DNA of 14,330 nt from a virus (taxonomy: Duplodnaviria > Heunggongvirae > Uroviricota > Caudoviricetes), in the IMG/VR virus record IMGVR_UViG_2695420809_000009, positions 1-14,330 of that record; one strand, 5' to 3'. Below are positions 1 to 8,574 of the stretch, piece after piece. Position 1 is the stretch's first letter, and every line of letters begins with the position of its first letter. The notes beneath the pieces were generated by a model, which ran no database searches, was not told the DNA's origin, and saw only the letters and a list, made by a program, of their open reading frames with translations. The position numbers and the translations under genes were made by a program.

Positions 1-258
1 ATGCAAACCGTTATTTTTGGTCGTCCAGGTTGCCCTTACTGTGTGCGTGCAAAAGATCTGGCTGAGAAATTGAGCAATGAACGCGATGATTTCCAGTATC
101 AGTATGTAGATATTCGTGCGGAAGGGATCACTAAAGAAGATCTACAACAAAAGGCAGGTAAACCCGTAGAAACCGTGCCGCAGATTTTTGTCGATCAGCA
201 ACATATCGGCGGCTATACCGATTTTGCTGCATGGGTGAAAGAGAATCTGGACGCCTGA
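1..258 (+). CDS. grxA: glutaredoxin 1
   Basis: 85-aa ORF starting at window base 1 with ATG; CPYC active-site motif (GRPGCPYCVRAKDL); near-identical to my recollection of E. coli Grx1; TGA stop at 256-258. Confidence 0.95.
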   Translation: MQTVIFGRPGCPYCVRAKDLAEKLSNERDDFQYQYVDIRAEGITKEDLQQKAGKPVETVPQIFVDQQHIGGYTDFAAWVKENLDA

Positions 259-267
259 TCGTCTGAC

Positions 268-300
268 AAGCCCTCGCGTTGAGGGCTTTATTGATTTTTT
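268..300 (+). terminator. rho-independent terminator after grxA (shared with convergent ybjM)
   Basis: Hairpin AAGCCCTC-GCGTT-GAGGGCTT (268-288) followed by TATTGATTTTTT; the ybjM stop on the opposite strand lies at the hairpin edge. Confidence 0.6.
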
Positions 301-665
301 CTGTGCTGTGGTTTAAACAAGCTACTGATAAATAAGAAACACAATGCCCCCAGCGCACACCAGAACACCGCACTTAATAACCATGCCAGCTCTTGCCAGA
401 ATGAGCGCGTCGGTGAAAAAAACAGCCGCATAATGAGCATCGAACAGGGTGCCGCCAGCATTGCGCCAAACAGAGGTTTCAGGACTTCTCTACGATGTGA
501 AAAGAAGCTGGCAACTGCACCAGGAAGAATGAAAAATAGCAAACCGATTTCAGGATGCCCGGCAGCCCGAAAAGCGCCTTTCATGTGCGTCGCCAGAAAA
601 AGACACACCACAATGAAGAGGACAAAACAGCAGATTGCCCCCGCCCAACGTTGTTTATGTTTCAC
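288..665 (-). CDS. ybjM: small inner-membrane protein YbjM
   Basis: 125-aa hydrophobic ORF convergent with grxA; matches my recollection of E. coli YbjM in length and sequence; position between grxA and ybjL as in E. coli K-12. Confidence 0.85.
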   Translation of the reverse strand: MKHKQRWAGAICCFVLFIVVCLFLATHMKGAFRAAGHPEIGLLFFILPGAVASFFSHRREVLKPLFGAMLAAPCSMLIMRLFFSPTRSFWQELAWLLSAVFWCALGALCFLFISSLFKPQHRKNQ

Positions 666-934
666 TCGTTCCTCCTGACACTGCGTCTATCGAACACATT
701 TTTCGCCAGTGTGGCGTTCAGTAAGATAAAGCCGCTTCGCATTCCATGCTAATATAGGCCAACGCAATTCATATAGCCGTTGATACCTAATGTGATTACA
801 CTAGTAAAATATATTGTTACTTTACTATCGTTTAGGTGCGCTGAATGAATCTGCGCCCTGAATTCTGGTAAAAAACATTATCGTAAATTACCATTTCTTT
901 CAACAGCTTACTAGTAAACAAGAAGTTAGCCTCC

Positions 935-2620
935 GTGAATATAAACGTCGCCGAATTGTTAAATGGGAATTACATTCTGTTATTATTTGTGGTCCTCGCG
1001 CTTGGGCTATGTCTCGGGAAATTACGACTTGGTTCGATCCAACTGGGTAATTCCATTGGCGTTTTAGTCGTATCGCTGTTATTAGGCCAACAACATTTCA
1101 GCATTAACACCGACGCGCTTAATCTTGGCTTTATGCTGTTTATTTTCTGCGTCGGGGTCGAAGCCGGACCGAACTTTTTTTCCATTTTTTTTCGCGATGG
1201 GAAAAATTACCTAATGTTAGCACTGGTGATGGTTGGCAGTGCGCTGGTGATCGCCTTAGGGTTAGGTAAGCTGTTTGGCTGGGATATTGGCCTGACGGCC
1301 GGTATGTTAGCTGGCTCTATGACGTCGACACCGGTTCTGGTCGGTGCTGGCGATACACTGCGTCATTCCGGCATGGAAAGCAGGCAGCTCTCACTGGCAC
1401 TGGATAATCTGAGCCTCGGGTATGCCTTAACCTATTTAATCGGTCTGGTGAGTTTGATTGTTGGTGCGCGTTACTTGCCGAAATTGCAGCATCAGGACTT
1501 ACAGACCAGCGCCCAGCAAATCGCCCGCGAACGTGGCCTGGACACTGATGCCAACCGTAAGGTTTATTTACCGGTGATCCGCGCCTACCGCGTCGGCCCG
1601 GAGCTGGTGGCCTGGACCGACGGCAAAAATCTGCGTGAACTGGGTATTTATCGACAAACTGGCTGCTACATTGAACGTATTCGACGTAACGGGATTCTGG
1701 CGAATCCAGACGGTGATGCTGTGCTACAAATGGGCGATGAAATAGCGTTGGTAGGCTATCCCGACGCCCACGCACGACTCGATCCCAGCTTCCGTAACGG
1801 CAAAGAAGTTTTCGATCGTGACCTTCTCGACATGCGTATCGTCACTGAAGAAGTGGTCGTTAAAAACCATAACGCCGTGGGCAAACGTCTCGCACAACTG
1901 AAGTTGACCGATCACGGTTGCTTCCTTAACCGCGTCATTCGTAGCCAGATTGAGATGCCGATAGATGACAACGTCGTGCTTAACAAAGGTGACGTTTTAC
2001 AAGTCAGCGGCGATGCCCGTCGCGTAAAAACCATCGCCGATCGCATCGGCTTTATCTCGATTCACAGCCAGGTCACTGACTTGCTGGCATTCTGCGCCTT
2101 CTTTGTTATTGGGCTGATGATCGGGATGATCACCTTCCAGTTCAGCACATTCAGTTTCGGCATGGGGAACGCTGCCGGGTTGTTATTCGCCGGAATTATG
2201 CTGGGCTTTATGCGCGCTAACCACCCGACCTTCGGTTACATTCCGCAGGGTGCATTAAGCATGGTGAAAGAGTTCGGCTTAATGGTGTTTATGGCAGGCG
2301 TTGGTCTGAGCGCCGGTAGCGGTATTAATAACGGCCTGGGCGCGATTGGCGGTCAGATGTTGATTGCCGGATTGATTGTCAGTCTTGTGCCAGTGGTTAT
2401 CTGTTTCTTGTTCGGTGCTTATGTATTGCGAATGAACCGCGCACTGTTATTCGGCGCAATGATGGGCGCACGCACCTGCGCGCCGGCAATGGAGATCATC
2501 AGTGATACAGCTCGCAGTAACATCCCGGCGCTGGGCTATGCGGGCACCTATGCAATCGCCAACGTCCTGCTGACGCTGGCAGGGACAATCATCGTCATGG
2601 TATGGCCAGGATTAGGATAA
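935..2620 (+). CDS. ybjL: putative AAE-family transporter YbjL (membrane domains flanking two central cytoplasmic TrkA-C-like domains)
   Basis: 561-aa ORF with GTG start at 935; hydrophobic N- and C-terminal blocks with a soluble central region; length and sequence match my recollection of E. coli YbjL. Confidence 0.9.
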
Positions 2621-2732
2621 AACTGAAGTTGCCCTGAAAATGAAATTTTTTTGCACAACCGCAGAACTTTTCCGCAGGGCATCAGTCTTAATTAGTGCCA
2701 CTGCTTTTCTTTGATGTCCCCATTTTGTGGAG

Positions 2733-2779
2733 CCCATCAACCCCGCCATTTCGGTTCAAGGTTGATGGGTTTTTTGTTG
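2733..2779 (+). terminator. candidate rho-independent terminator downstream of ybjL
   Basis: CCCATCAACC (2733-2742) pairs with GGTTGATGGG (2760-2769), followed by TTTTTTGTTG; the 17-nt loop is longer than typical. Confidence 0.5.
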
Positions 2780-2855
2780 TCTGAAATTTATGCCGTTTAA
2801 AATCATGACGTTAGAAGCACTGTTTTTTAACGATGGCGACAAAATGGCGGCAGCG

Positions 2856-3074
2856 TCAAAGAGAGAGCGCCACCTGTCCTGATTTCATTGGATGCGGCTG
2901 AACCGGATTTGACTCTTTTGGCGTTGCAATCGAACGAACAAAAGTTTCATGGGTTACAAAAGTATGGCTGCAGTTAATATTCTGGCACTGGTTGTAACGC
3001 TCTTTGGTCAATGAAGATACCTGAAAACTGCTGCGAGTATGGGCGGCACTTCCACACAGTGGGCAAATCATCAT
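2856..3074 (-). CDS. ogr: Ogr/Delta-type zinc-finger late-gene transcription activator
   Basis: 72 aa from ATG at 3074 (MMICPLCGSAAH...YNQCQNINCSHTF...); two Cys pairs as in P2 Ogr. The ORF track extends further upstream to a GTG, but the ATG at 3074 gives the Ogr-like N-terminus. Confidence 0.8.
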   Translation of the reverse strand: MMICPLCGSAAHTRSSFQVSSLTKERYNQCQNINCSHTFVTHETFVRSIATPKESNPVQPHPMKSGQVALSL

Positions 3075-3164
3075 TTTTCGAGTTCTCCCCATTTTTGCTA
3101 AATTCACAATAATGATACCGCATTATTCCATTTTGCAAACTTAAAAGTTCTCCATTGCGAAGAA

Positions 3165-4265
3165 TCATTCCATTTCGAAATCATCAATCCTCACTTCAAG
3201 CTCCAGACTGGTCGTAAAACCGTTATCCGGGCTGACGGTATGCGTCAGAGTCGTAATGGTCCATTCCGCATCATCTATCGGCTGTTTAAAACCACTGACC
3301 TTCACAGGCATTTCCGTGTAGAGATCTGCCCGCCCTTCTGCCAGTTGTAGCGAAAATGACGCAACGCCGCGTTGCAGGCGTTCCCACTGCATTTTCGCCG
3401 CTCGTTCGGCGTTGCTCCGGTTGGCATAAGTGCGATTAAGTACCAGCACGTTTTCATCCGTACCCACCAGGTAATCGCCCTGCTTCGCTTCTGGCTCTTT
3501 CTTCTGCTTCTTAGTTCTGCGCTTACGCTTCACCGTGGTGCTTTCTTTCTTCGCAGGTTCGCGGGTATGCAACCAGCTGGCAATTACGCCCGTGTAGGCT
3601 CCGCGATCTGCCAGGGTAAATCGGTGACTGTCGCCGTCCTTGCGTGTGATAGTGATCACTGGCAGAGGTTTACCAGTGGCGCTTTTGCCCTGCCCCTGCC
3701 GGATGAATAACAGATTGCCATTTTTCACCGACGCGATGGCACCGTACTGTCGCGCCAGCCGCATCAGAAAACTGCCGTCACTCTCATTAGTCTGGTCTAT
3801 ATGCTCCACGGGCTTATCCGACAGGTCTTTACCCAGTGCCATCTTCAGCTTGTGCCGCGCGGCTATTTCCTTCACCACTTCCCCGACGGTGGTCTTATGC
3901 CACGATTTTTCACGGCGGGTATTCAGCGTTTCCCGAAAATCAGCACTTCGCGCCCGGATAGTCAGGCGGTCCGGTGCGCCAGTGTGTTCAATCTCGTCCA
4001 CTGTGAATGCCCCTTTCGGGAAAAGCGGCTGCCCCTTCCAGCCCAGCGCCAGCGTAATAACCGCACCACGGCGCGGCAGCACGATTTTTCCGTCAGCGTC
4101 ATCCAGCTCCAGATCAAGCTGGTCCGCTTCAAAGCCCCGGTTATCCGTCAGCGTCAAACTCATCAGGCGGTTATCCAGCACAGTGGTGATATCCCTGCCC
4201 TCAATACTGATGCTGAATGCGGGAGTTTTGTTGCCTTTGTTAAGCAGTTCAGAGCTGAAATTCAC
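3165..4265 (-). CDS. P2 gpD-like tail protein (late control gene D family)
   Basis: 366-aa ORF; sits immediately upstream of ogr as in P2; GTG start at 4265 overlaps the stop of the preceding U-like gene, suggesting translational coupling. Confidence 0.85.
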   Translation of the reverse strand: MNFSSELLNKGNKTPAFSISIEGRDITTVLDNRLMSLTLTDNRGFEADQLDLELDDADGKIVLPRRGAVITLALGWKGQPLFPKGAFTVDEIEHTGAPDRLTIRARSADFRETLNTRREKSWHKTTVGEVVKEIAARHKLKMALGKDLSDKPVEHIDQTNESDGSFLMRLARQYGAIASVKNGNLLFIRQGQGKSATGKPLPVITITRKDGDSHRFTLADRGAYTGVIASWLHTREPAKKESTTVKRKRRTKKQKKEPEAKQGDYLVGTDENVLVLNRTYANRSNAERAAKMQWERLQRGVASFSLQLAEGRADLYTEMPVKVSGFKQPIDDAEWTITTLTHTVSPDNGFTTSLELEVRIDDFEME

Positions 4266-4747
4266 GACAGCAGCCCTCCCACCGTTTTACTGATATCGCT
4301 TAAGGCAGACGTTGCCGTGTCCTGCAGATTATTCAGTTGCGCACTGAGATCACCGAACATATCGGACAGGGATTCATCCACTCGTTTGAGCGACAGGGTG
4401 AACTCAATCCGGCGCGGCATACCGTCGCGGAAAAACTCCGTTTTAGTCTGATTCAGTCCCTCAATCACATACATGCCGTAAATCGTGCCGCTGCCTTCAA
4501 TCAGGGGCCATGCTTTCCCCTGTTCTGCCATCTGCTCCAGTGCCAGCAACGACAGCCTGCCGCCTGTTATTTCCGGCATAAGAACACCGGAAAGCGTCAG
4601 CATGTCGTTTTCCGGTCCCAGAAACTGCGTGGACGGACGTCGGTTTACCCGACTGTTTGCCGCATGTCGCCAGCTGCGTTGATACTGCAGTTCCTGATAC
4701 GGAACGGTGCGCAGCATAAACACGTACAATCCCAGCACCATCATCAT
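4262..4747 (-). CDS. P2 gpU-like tail protein
   Basis: 161-aa ORF starting MMM; length and position (between tape measure and D) as in P2; start overlaps the stop of the upstream fusion ORF. Confidence 0.8.
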   Translation of the reverse strand: MMMVLGLYVFMLRTVPYQELQYQRSWRHAANSRVNRRPSTQFLGPENDMLTLSGVLMPEITGGRLSLLALEQMAEQGKAWPLIEGSGTIYGMYVIEGLNQTKTEFFRDGMPRRIEFTLSLKRVDESLSDMFGDLSAQLNNLQDTATSALSDISKTVGGLLS

Positions 4748-6411
4748 GCGTCGTATCCCCCCTGATCGCTGTAGTTACTCCTGGCTTTTGCCTTCAGCCT
4801 GCGTTCACGTTCATCAAGCTGGCGTGCCACCTCCCGCGCAATATCCTGCGCACTTTGTCCTGGCTGCGTCTGAATGATGATCTGCGTCGGTGCCTCAATC
4901 CGTTGAACGAGCGGCACAGTGGCTGCGCGACTCACAATTGCTTCTCCACCTTTCGCGGGAAGTGCCAAAGGGTGCAACGGTGGAAGCTCTGCTGGCGCGG
5001 CAGCAACGCCCATCATTCCGGCAACAACGGCAGCCAGTGCAGCTGTATTTCTCCGGCTGGTCACATTTGCCGGGCCGTTAACAATTTCCGGCCCGTTTTC
5101 ACCGACGATGCCAAACTGCCCGCGCGGGATATACCCGCCGCTGTCATACATCCCCGCAAAGCCATATCCCCATGATGGAAAACCACCCGATGGCATCATC
5201 ACTTTACCGTCTGCATTCACCGTCGCAGGTTGCTGACGCGTCACGCTTTCCGGCAGTTTTGCCTTTGCGGCCTCTTTACTGACAATGCCGAGCTTCTCCA
5301 GCAACCAGGAAACGCCGGATTTCAGGGAATCCAGCGGATGCATGACCATATTCAGCCCTTCCGCCAGTGCCTCCCCGAATCGCCGCCCCATTGCCGCTGC
5401 GCTCTGCAGTTCGGCAGAGGTCGACTTAACGGGCGTCAGCAGATCAGTAAACCAGCCCCACAGCGCCTGCACTTTGTCGCCAATCCACTGGAACACGGGC
5501 TTAAGCGGTTCGAACGCTGCACTGATGGGACCTGCCGCCGCTTTGAATCCTTCCACCACGCCACCGAGAAATGCGGTGATGGATTGCCAGTATTTCCAGA
5601 CAACCAGCGCCACGCCCGCCAGTGCAGTAACCACAAGACCTATCGGACTGAGCAGAGCACCTAACAGACCAGATACCGGGTCCTGCAGATCCCAGAACAC
5701 ATCAGCAGAAATTCCGGTGACACCGTTCACGCCCACGTTGGACAGGCTTTTGTGCCATCCAGTCTGCTCATCAATTTTGGCGCGCAGACCGAGCGCACGG
5801 GCGGTGGCATATGCCGTTGCTTCGGCATTCAGCACCGTGTCCCAGCCAGTAAAGTCAGGCCAGATCAGCATCCCTTCGCGCTGGCTGAAGTTTTCGCGGT
5901 AAGTGATCGCCTCCTGCACTGTCTTGCAGCCATACGCTGACAGGTAAGCAAACCCACGCAGGCTTTGCGCCACGCTCAGCAACTCAGTAGCTACCGCCTT
6001 GGTGTCGTGGCCTGGCACGCCGAGAATGCGCGGTTTAACGCCGAGCTGTGACTGGGCAGATAACAGGGCTTTCATACCTGTTTTTTTACCTTCAGCAGTC
6101 ACTGCGCCGATGATATTGGTCGTGGTTTCTTCTTCCGTTTCACCCTGCGGCACACGCACAACAACGGTCACGGGTTTTGCCTGGTCAGCGATGGCATCCA
6201 GCGAGCGGGCCAGTGTGCCGGACTCACCCGCTTTACCGCTGGCAGTCAGCACATCAGTGATCAGCACGGGTTTATTAAGAGGAAACATTTTTGCATCGGC
6301 ATCATCGCCCGTGCAGACCATCCCCACGATGGCGGTGCTCACCGTGGTAATGGATCGGGTGCCTTCGTTGACTTCAACAACGCGCACCCCGTGGTGGTAA
6401 TCCTGAGCCAT
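4744..6411 (-). CDS. in-frame fusion: N-terminal ~240 aa of a P2 FI-like tail sheath protein joined to the C-terminal ~310 aa of a tape-measure (gpT-like) protein; likely a deletion derivative
   Basis: N-terminus (MAQDYHHGVRVVEVNEGTRSITTVSTAIVGMVC...) matches my recollection of the P2 sheath N-terminus. After about residue 244 (around nt 5680) the sequence switches to a hydrophobic and Ala/Gly-rich tape-measure-like C-terminus. Strong AGGAGG Shine-Dalgarno upstream of the ATG at 6411. Confidence 0.7.
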   Translation of the reverse strand: MAQDYHHGVRVVEVNEGTRSITTVSTAIVGMVCTGDDADAKMFPLNKPVLITDVLTASGKAGESGTLARSLDAIADQAKPVTVVVRVPQGETEEETTTNIIGAVTAEGKKTGMKALLSAQSQLGVKPRILGVPGHDTKAVATELLSVAQSLRGFAYLSAYGCKTVQEAITYRENFSQREGMLIWPDFTGWDTVLNAEATAYATARALGLRAKIDEQTGWHKSLSNVGVNGVTGISADVFWDLQDPVSGLLGALLSPIGLVVTALAGVALVVWKYWQSITAFLGGVVEGFKAAAGPISAAFEPLKPVFQWIGDKVQALWGWFTDLLTPVKSTSAELQSAAAMGRRFGEALAEGLNMVMHPLDSLKSGVSWLLEKLGIVSKEAAKAKLPESVTRQQPATVNADGKVMMPSGGFPSWGYGFAGMYDSGGYIPRGQFGIVGENGPEIVNGPANVTSRRNTAALAAVVAGMMGVAAAPAELPPLHPLALPAKGGEAIVSRAATVPLVQRIEAPTQIIIQTQPGQSAQDIAREVARQLDERERRLKAKARSNYSDQGGYDA

Positions 6412-6487
6412 AGCGGCGAACCTCCTGATTGGATTAGGCTTCGCCCTATGTTGAAGTGATTGTGCCCGACAAACAGCTAAGTGTAGT

Positions 6488-6505
6488 TGTACAGTTATTC
6501 ACACA
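6488..6505 (-). promoter_or_regulatory. candidate Ogr-dependent late-promoter dyad (TGT-N12-ACA)
   Basis: TGTACAGTTATTCACACA-type dyad, TGT at 6488-6490 and ACA at 6503-6505, in the 142-bp gap between pin and the sheath fusion gene, centred about 85 bp upstream of the ATG at 6411. Chance occurrence of a 6-base match is not negligible. Confidence 0.3.
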
Positions 6506-6553
6506 AAATGACGGTATTTGTCTGCTTGCAGGGATAATCAAAATTATGCTGAT

Positions 6554-7120
6554 TCAGGGGGATTCATTGCTCTTATTTGCCGGAAATTTTCTATAAATGG
6601 TAGAAACGCCCACATCAAAAATCAGTGCAATACGCTGTCTTGATTCTCCGGCCTCGAGTAAACGTCCAATCTGTGCCCACTGTTCGGTGGTCAACTTAGG
6701 ACGGCGTCCACCTACTCTGCCTTTGGCGCGAGCTGCAGCAAGCCCCGCCCTGGTACGTTCAACTATCAGTTCGCGCTCCATTTCAGCCAGGGCCCCCATG
6801 ACATGAAAAAAGAAACGTCCCATTGGGGTACTGGTATCAATACTGTCAGTCAGGCTTCGGAAATTCACGCCACGCTGGCGCAGATCTTCTATCAGCGTAA
6901 CGAGATGCCGCATACTGCGCCCCAACCTGTCCAGCTTCCAGACAACCAGAGTGTCACCTGCCGATAATGTCCTGAGCAGTTTTTTCAGTCCCGGTCTGTC
7001 GGACTTAGTGCCACTGATTTTGTCCTCAAAAATCCGCTCACATCCCGCGCAGTTCAGTGCATTACGTTGCAAATCGGTGTTCTGGTCATTTGTTGACACG
7101 CGTACATAGCCAATAAGCAT
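6554..7120 (-). CDS. Pin/Gin/Hin/Cin-family serine DNA invertase (copy 1)
   Basis: N-terminus MLIGYVRVSTNDQNTDLQRNAL with catalytic serine context, plus C-terminal HTH; closely resembles my recollection of e14 PinE. Start taken at the ATG at 7120 (MLIGYV) rather than the ORF-track start at 7126. Confidence 0.9.
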   Translation of the reverse strand: MLIGYVRVSTNDQNTDLQRNALNCAGCERIFEDKISGTKSDRPGLKKLLRTLSAGDTLVVWKLDRLGRSMRHLVTLIEDLRQRGVNFRSLTDSIDTSTPMGRFFFHVMGALAEMERELIVERTRAGLAAARAKGRVGGRRPKLTTEQWAQIGRLLEAGESRQRIALIFDVGVSTIYRKFPANKSNESP

Positions 7121-7201
7121 GATCAATCCCCTGAATAAAAACCGGGGATGATGCCAGTTAGTCGTAATCGCTGCATTTTCTTAAACGTTGGTTTGAGAGA
7201 A
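7083..7201. repeat. left arm of inverted repeat (pin 5' end, leader, crossover site)
   Basis: Manual alignment: 7083-7201 matches the reverse complement of 9042-9160 with about 10 mismatches over about 120 bp; similarity continues outward through both pin genes and ends inward exactly at the crossover sites. Confidence 0.75.
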
Positions 7202-7822
7202 GGTTCATTTGGGTTCAGAAATCTGGTTGCCTTCACAACGGCTGGAGTAACAAGCTGGACTGTTCCTGAAGAGTTGCGCAAAGGAAGAAAATGTTACGTC
7301 AAAGTTATTGGTGGCGGTGCGTCAGGAGGGATAGGTTCAACAACCGCTTCAGCCGTTACATGTGGCGGAGGAGGTGGTGGGGGCGGAGTTGCTGAGGGGC
7401 TGGTAGATTTAACTGGTATAAACAGTGTTTCGATTACGGTTGGTACCGGTGGTGCGCCTGTGTCTGGTATTTCTGTAAACGGTAAAAATGGTGGCTCGAG
7501 CAGTTTCGGGACTTACATGTCAGCTTCCGGAGGCTATAGCGGAGGCCAGCCTTCCGGAGGGTTAGGCGCAGTTGGTGTCGGGGGAACAATTAATATATCG
7601 CTTGGGCCAGGTTCTCCAGGTTCCATTGCTTCTGCCGCATCGGGAGCTGGTAATGGTGGTTCTGGTGGTGGCCCCGGAGGAGCAGGTTCATTCAGAGATA
7701 CAGCTAACGGAAAAGCGGTATCAGCAGTTGGGCCTGGAGGTGGCGGAGCTGGATTATGTCCTAATTCATCAACGGGTCAGTCGGGTGCCGGAGCAGATGG
7801 CGCAGTTTATATTTACTGGTGA
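7148..7822 (+). CDS. tail-fibre variable C-terminal segment, glycine-rich (no constant N-terminal part present)
   Basis: 224-aa ORF beginning MMPVSRNRCIFLNVGL inside the repeat arm; in-frame TAA three codons upstream of the ATG; long Gly/Ser-rich body; reads into the invertible segment. Confidence 0.6.
   Translation: MMPVSRNRCIFLNVGLREGSFGFRNLVAFTTAGVTSWTVPEELRKGRKCYVKVIGGGASGGIGSTTASAVTCGGGGGGGGVAEGLVDLTGINSVSITVGTGGAPVSGISVNGKNGGSSSFGTYMSASGGYSGGQPSGGLGAVGVGGTINISLGPGSPGSIASAASGAGNGGSGGGPGGAGSFRDTANGKAVSAVGPGGGGAGLCPNSSTGQSGAGADGAVYIYW
7176..7201. other. 26-bp hix/gix/cix-like crossover site (left)
   Basis: TTTTCTTAAACGTTGGTTTGAGAGAA, an imperfect palindrome with AAACC/GGTTT half-site cores; sits at the boundary between the repeat arm and the divergent interior. 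Confidence 0.65.
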
Positions 7823-7829
7823 GGTTCAT

Positions 7830-8000
7830 ATGTGGGCAAGAATTGAAGAAAATAAAGTAGAAGAGATAACGGAAATTAATCCTGAAGGAAGATTCCATCC
7901 ATCATTAATATGGAAAGAATGCCCTGCTGACACACAGCAGGGGGATTTATATATTGATGGTGAGTTTATTGCGCAGTCTCCGGCAGTTCAGGCCAGATAA
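7830..8000 (+). CDS. small 56-aa ORF downstream of the Gly-rich fibre segment, possibly a truncated tail-fibre assembly gene
   Basis: ATG at 7830 preceded by GAGG; sits where a partner chaperone gene would be expected; its 3' end overlaps the convergent tfa gene. No recognisable motif, so this call is weak. Confidence 0.3.
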   Translation: MWARIEENKVEEITEINPEGRFHPSLIWKECPADTQQGDLYIDGEFIAQSPAVQAR

Positions 8001-8574
8001 CATCCGGCGCGGTGCTGGTATCTGTTGCCGTCACCGCGTCAATGTAATCCAACACCGTGTTAAGTCGGCTGGTTTCTGACTGCGTCAGATTCCGTCCGGC
8101 CTGTAATTTCAGCTGAATCAGACTAATGGAAGCCATTGCAGTATCAATCAGTGACTGACGCTGTGCTTCTGCCGCGTCTACTGCGGCGCTATGCTGTGCC
8201 TCAGTATCGGTCACCCATTTCTCACCATCCCATTTATCGTATGGCGTTAATGGGGCGATAGTGGTTGTATTTTCGGGGTGATCACCCGGTGCTGTGATTT
8301 CTTTGGCATCTCCCGTTTCGGTGTTATAGACGATTTCACCGCGATGGTCTGGCACATATTCCCATGAATTTAAATCTACAGAACGGCAAATTGTATAACC
8401 AGCCTTATATGTACCAGGAGCGTCTAAACAGGAATATGCTGGAATACCGACACCCACTGCAAGATATTCAGTTGATGCAGAAATATATTCCCGAGTTTCA
8501 CCATCGTAGTTATAGACGGTAATATTCCCCGCCTTCGTGGCAATAAACTCGCTATTTAATACTGCGTTATCCAT
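7966..8574 (-). CDS. tail-fibre assembly chaperone (Tfa family)
   Basis: 202-aa ORF ending ...DTSTAPDVIWPELPETAQ, the conserved Tfa C-terminal motif; ATG overlaps the stop of the upstream fibre segment (TAATG). Confidence 0.8.
   Translation of the reverse strand: MDNAVLNSEFIATKAGNITVYNYDGETREYISASTEYLAVGVGIPAYSCLDAPGTYKAGYTICRSVDLNSWEYVPDHRGEIVYNTETGDAKEITAPGDHPENTTTIAPLTPYDKWDGEKWVTDTEAQHSAAVDAAEAQRQSLIDTAMASISLIQLKLQAGRNLTQSETSRLNTVLDYIDAVTATDTSTAPDVIWPELPETAQ

Noticed and set aside
433-752. ORFs 433-678 (+) and 555-752 (+) overlapping ybjM
   Set aside because: Antisense shadows of ybjM on the opposite strand; no ribosome-binding site, Arg/Ala-rich composition typical of out-of-frame reading.
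970-1915. Minus-strand ORFs inside ybjL (970-1185, 1317-1775, 1724-1915)
   Set aside because: Fully embedded antisense to a well-supported 561-aa gene; Arg/Pro-rich translations.
2974-3168. 64-aa minus-strand ORF overlapping ogr in another frame
   Set aside because: Overlaps the better-supported ogr reading frame and has no recognisable features.
3372-4765. Plus-strand ORFs antisense to the D and U genes (3372-3710, 3640-4293, 3801-4451, 4337-4765, 4485-4682)
   Set aside because: Mirror-strand ORFs of GC-rich phage genes with Arg/Ser/Pro-rich composition and no start context.
4855-6400. Plus-strand and one minus-strand ORF within the sheath/tape-measure fusion gene (4855-5175, 4890-5081, 4919-5236, 5230-5664, 5285-5902, 5436-5636, 5752-5940, 5999-6400)
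   Set aside because: Antisense or out-of-frame shadows of the 555-aa minus-strand gene.
6597-6806. 69-aa plus-strand ORF inside pin copy 1
   Set aside because: Antisense shadow of the invertase gene.
7300-7780. Repetitive GGN-rich DNA, considered as a tandem repeat or CRISPR-like array
   Set aside because: No regular repeat-spacer periodicity; the repetition is glycine codons inside an ORF.
7572-8000. 142-aa plus-strand ORF overlapping the Gly-rich fibre segment
   Set aside because: Its 5' portion overlaps the fibre ORF in another frame; only the last 56 codons after the ATG at 7830 are plausible and are listed separately.
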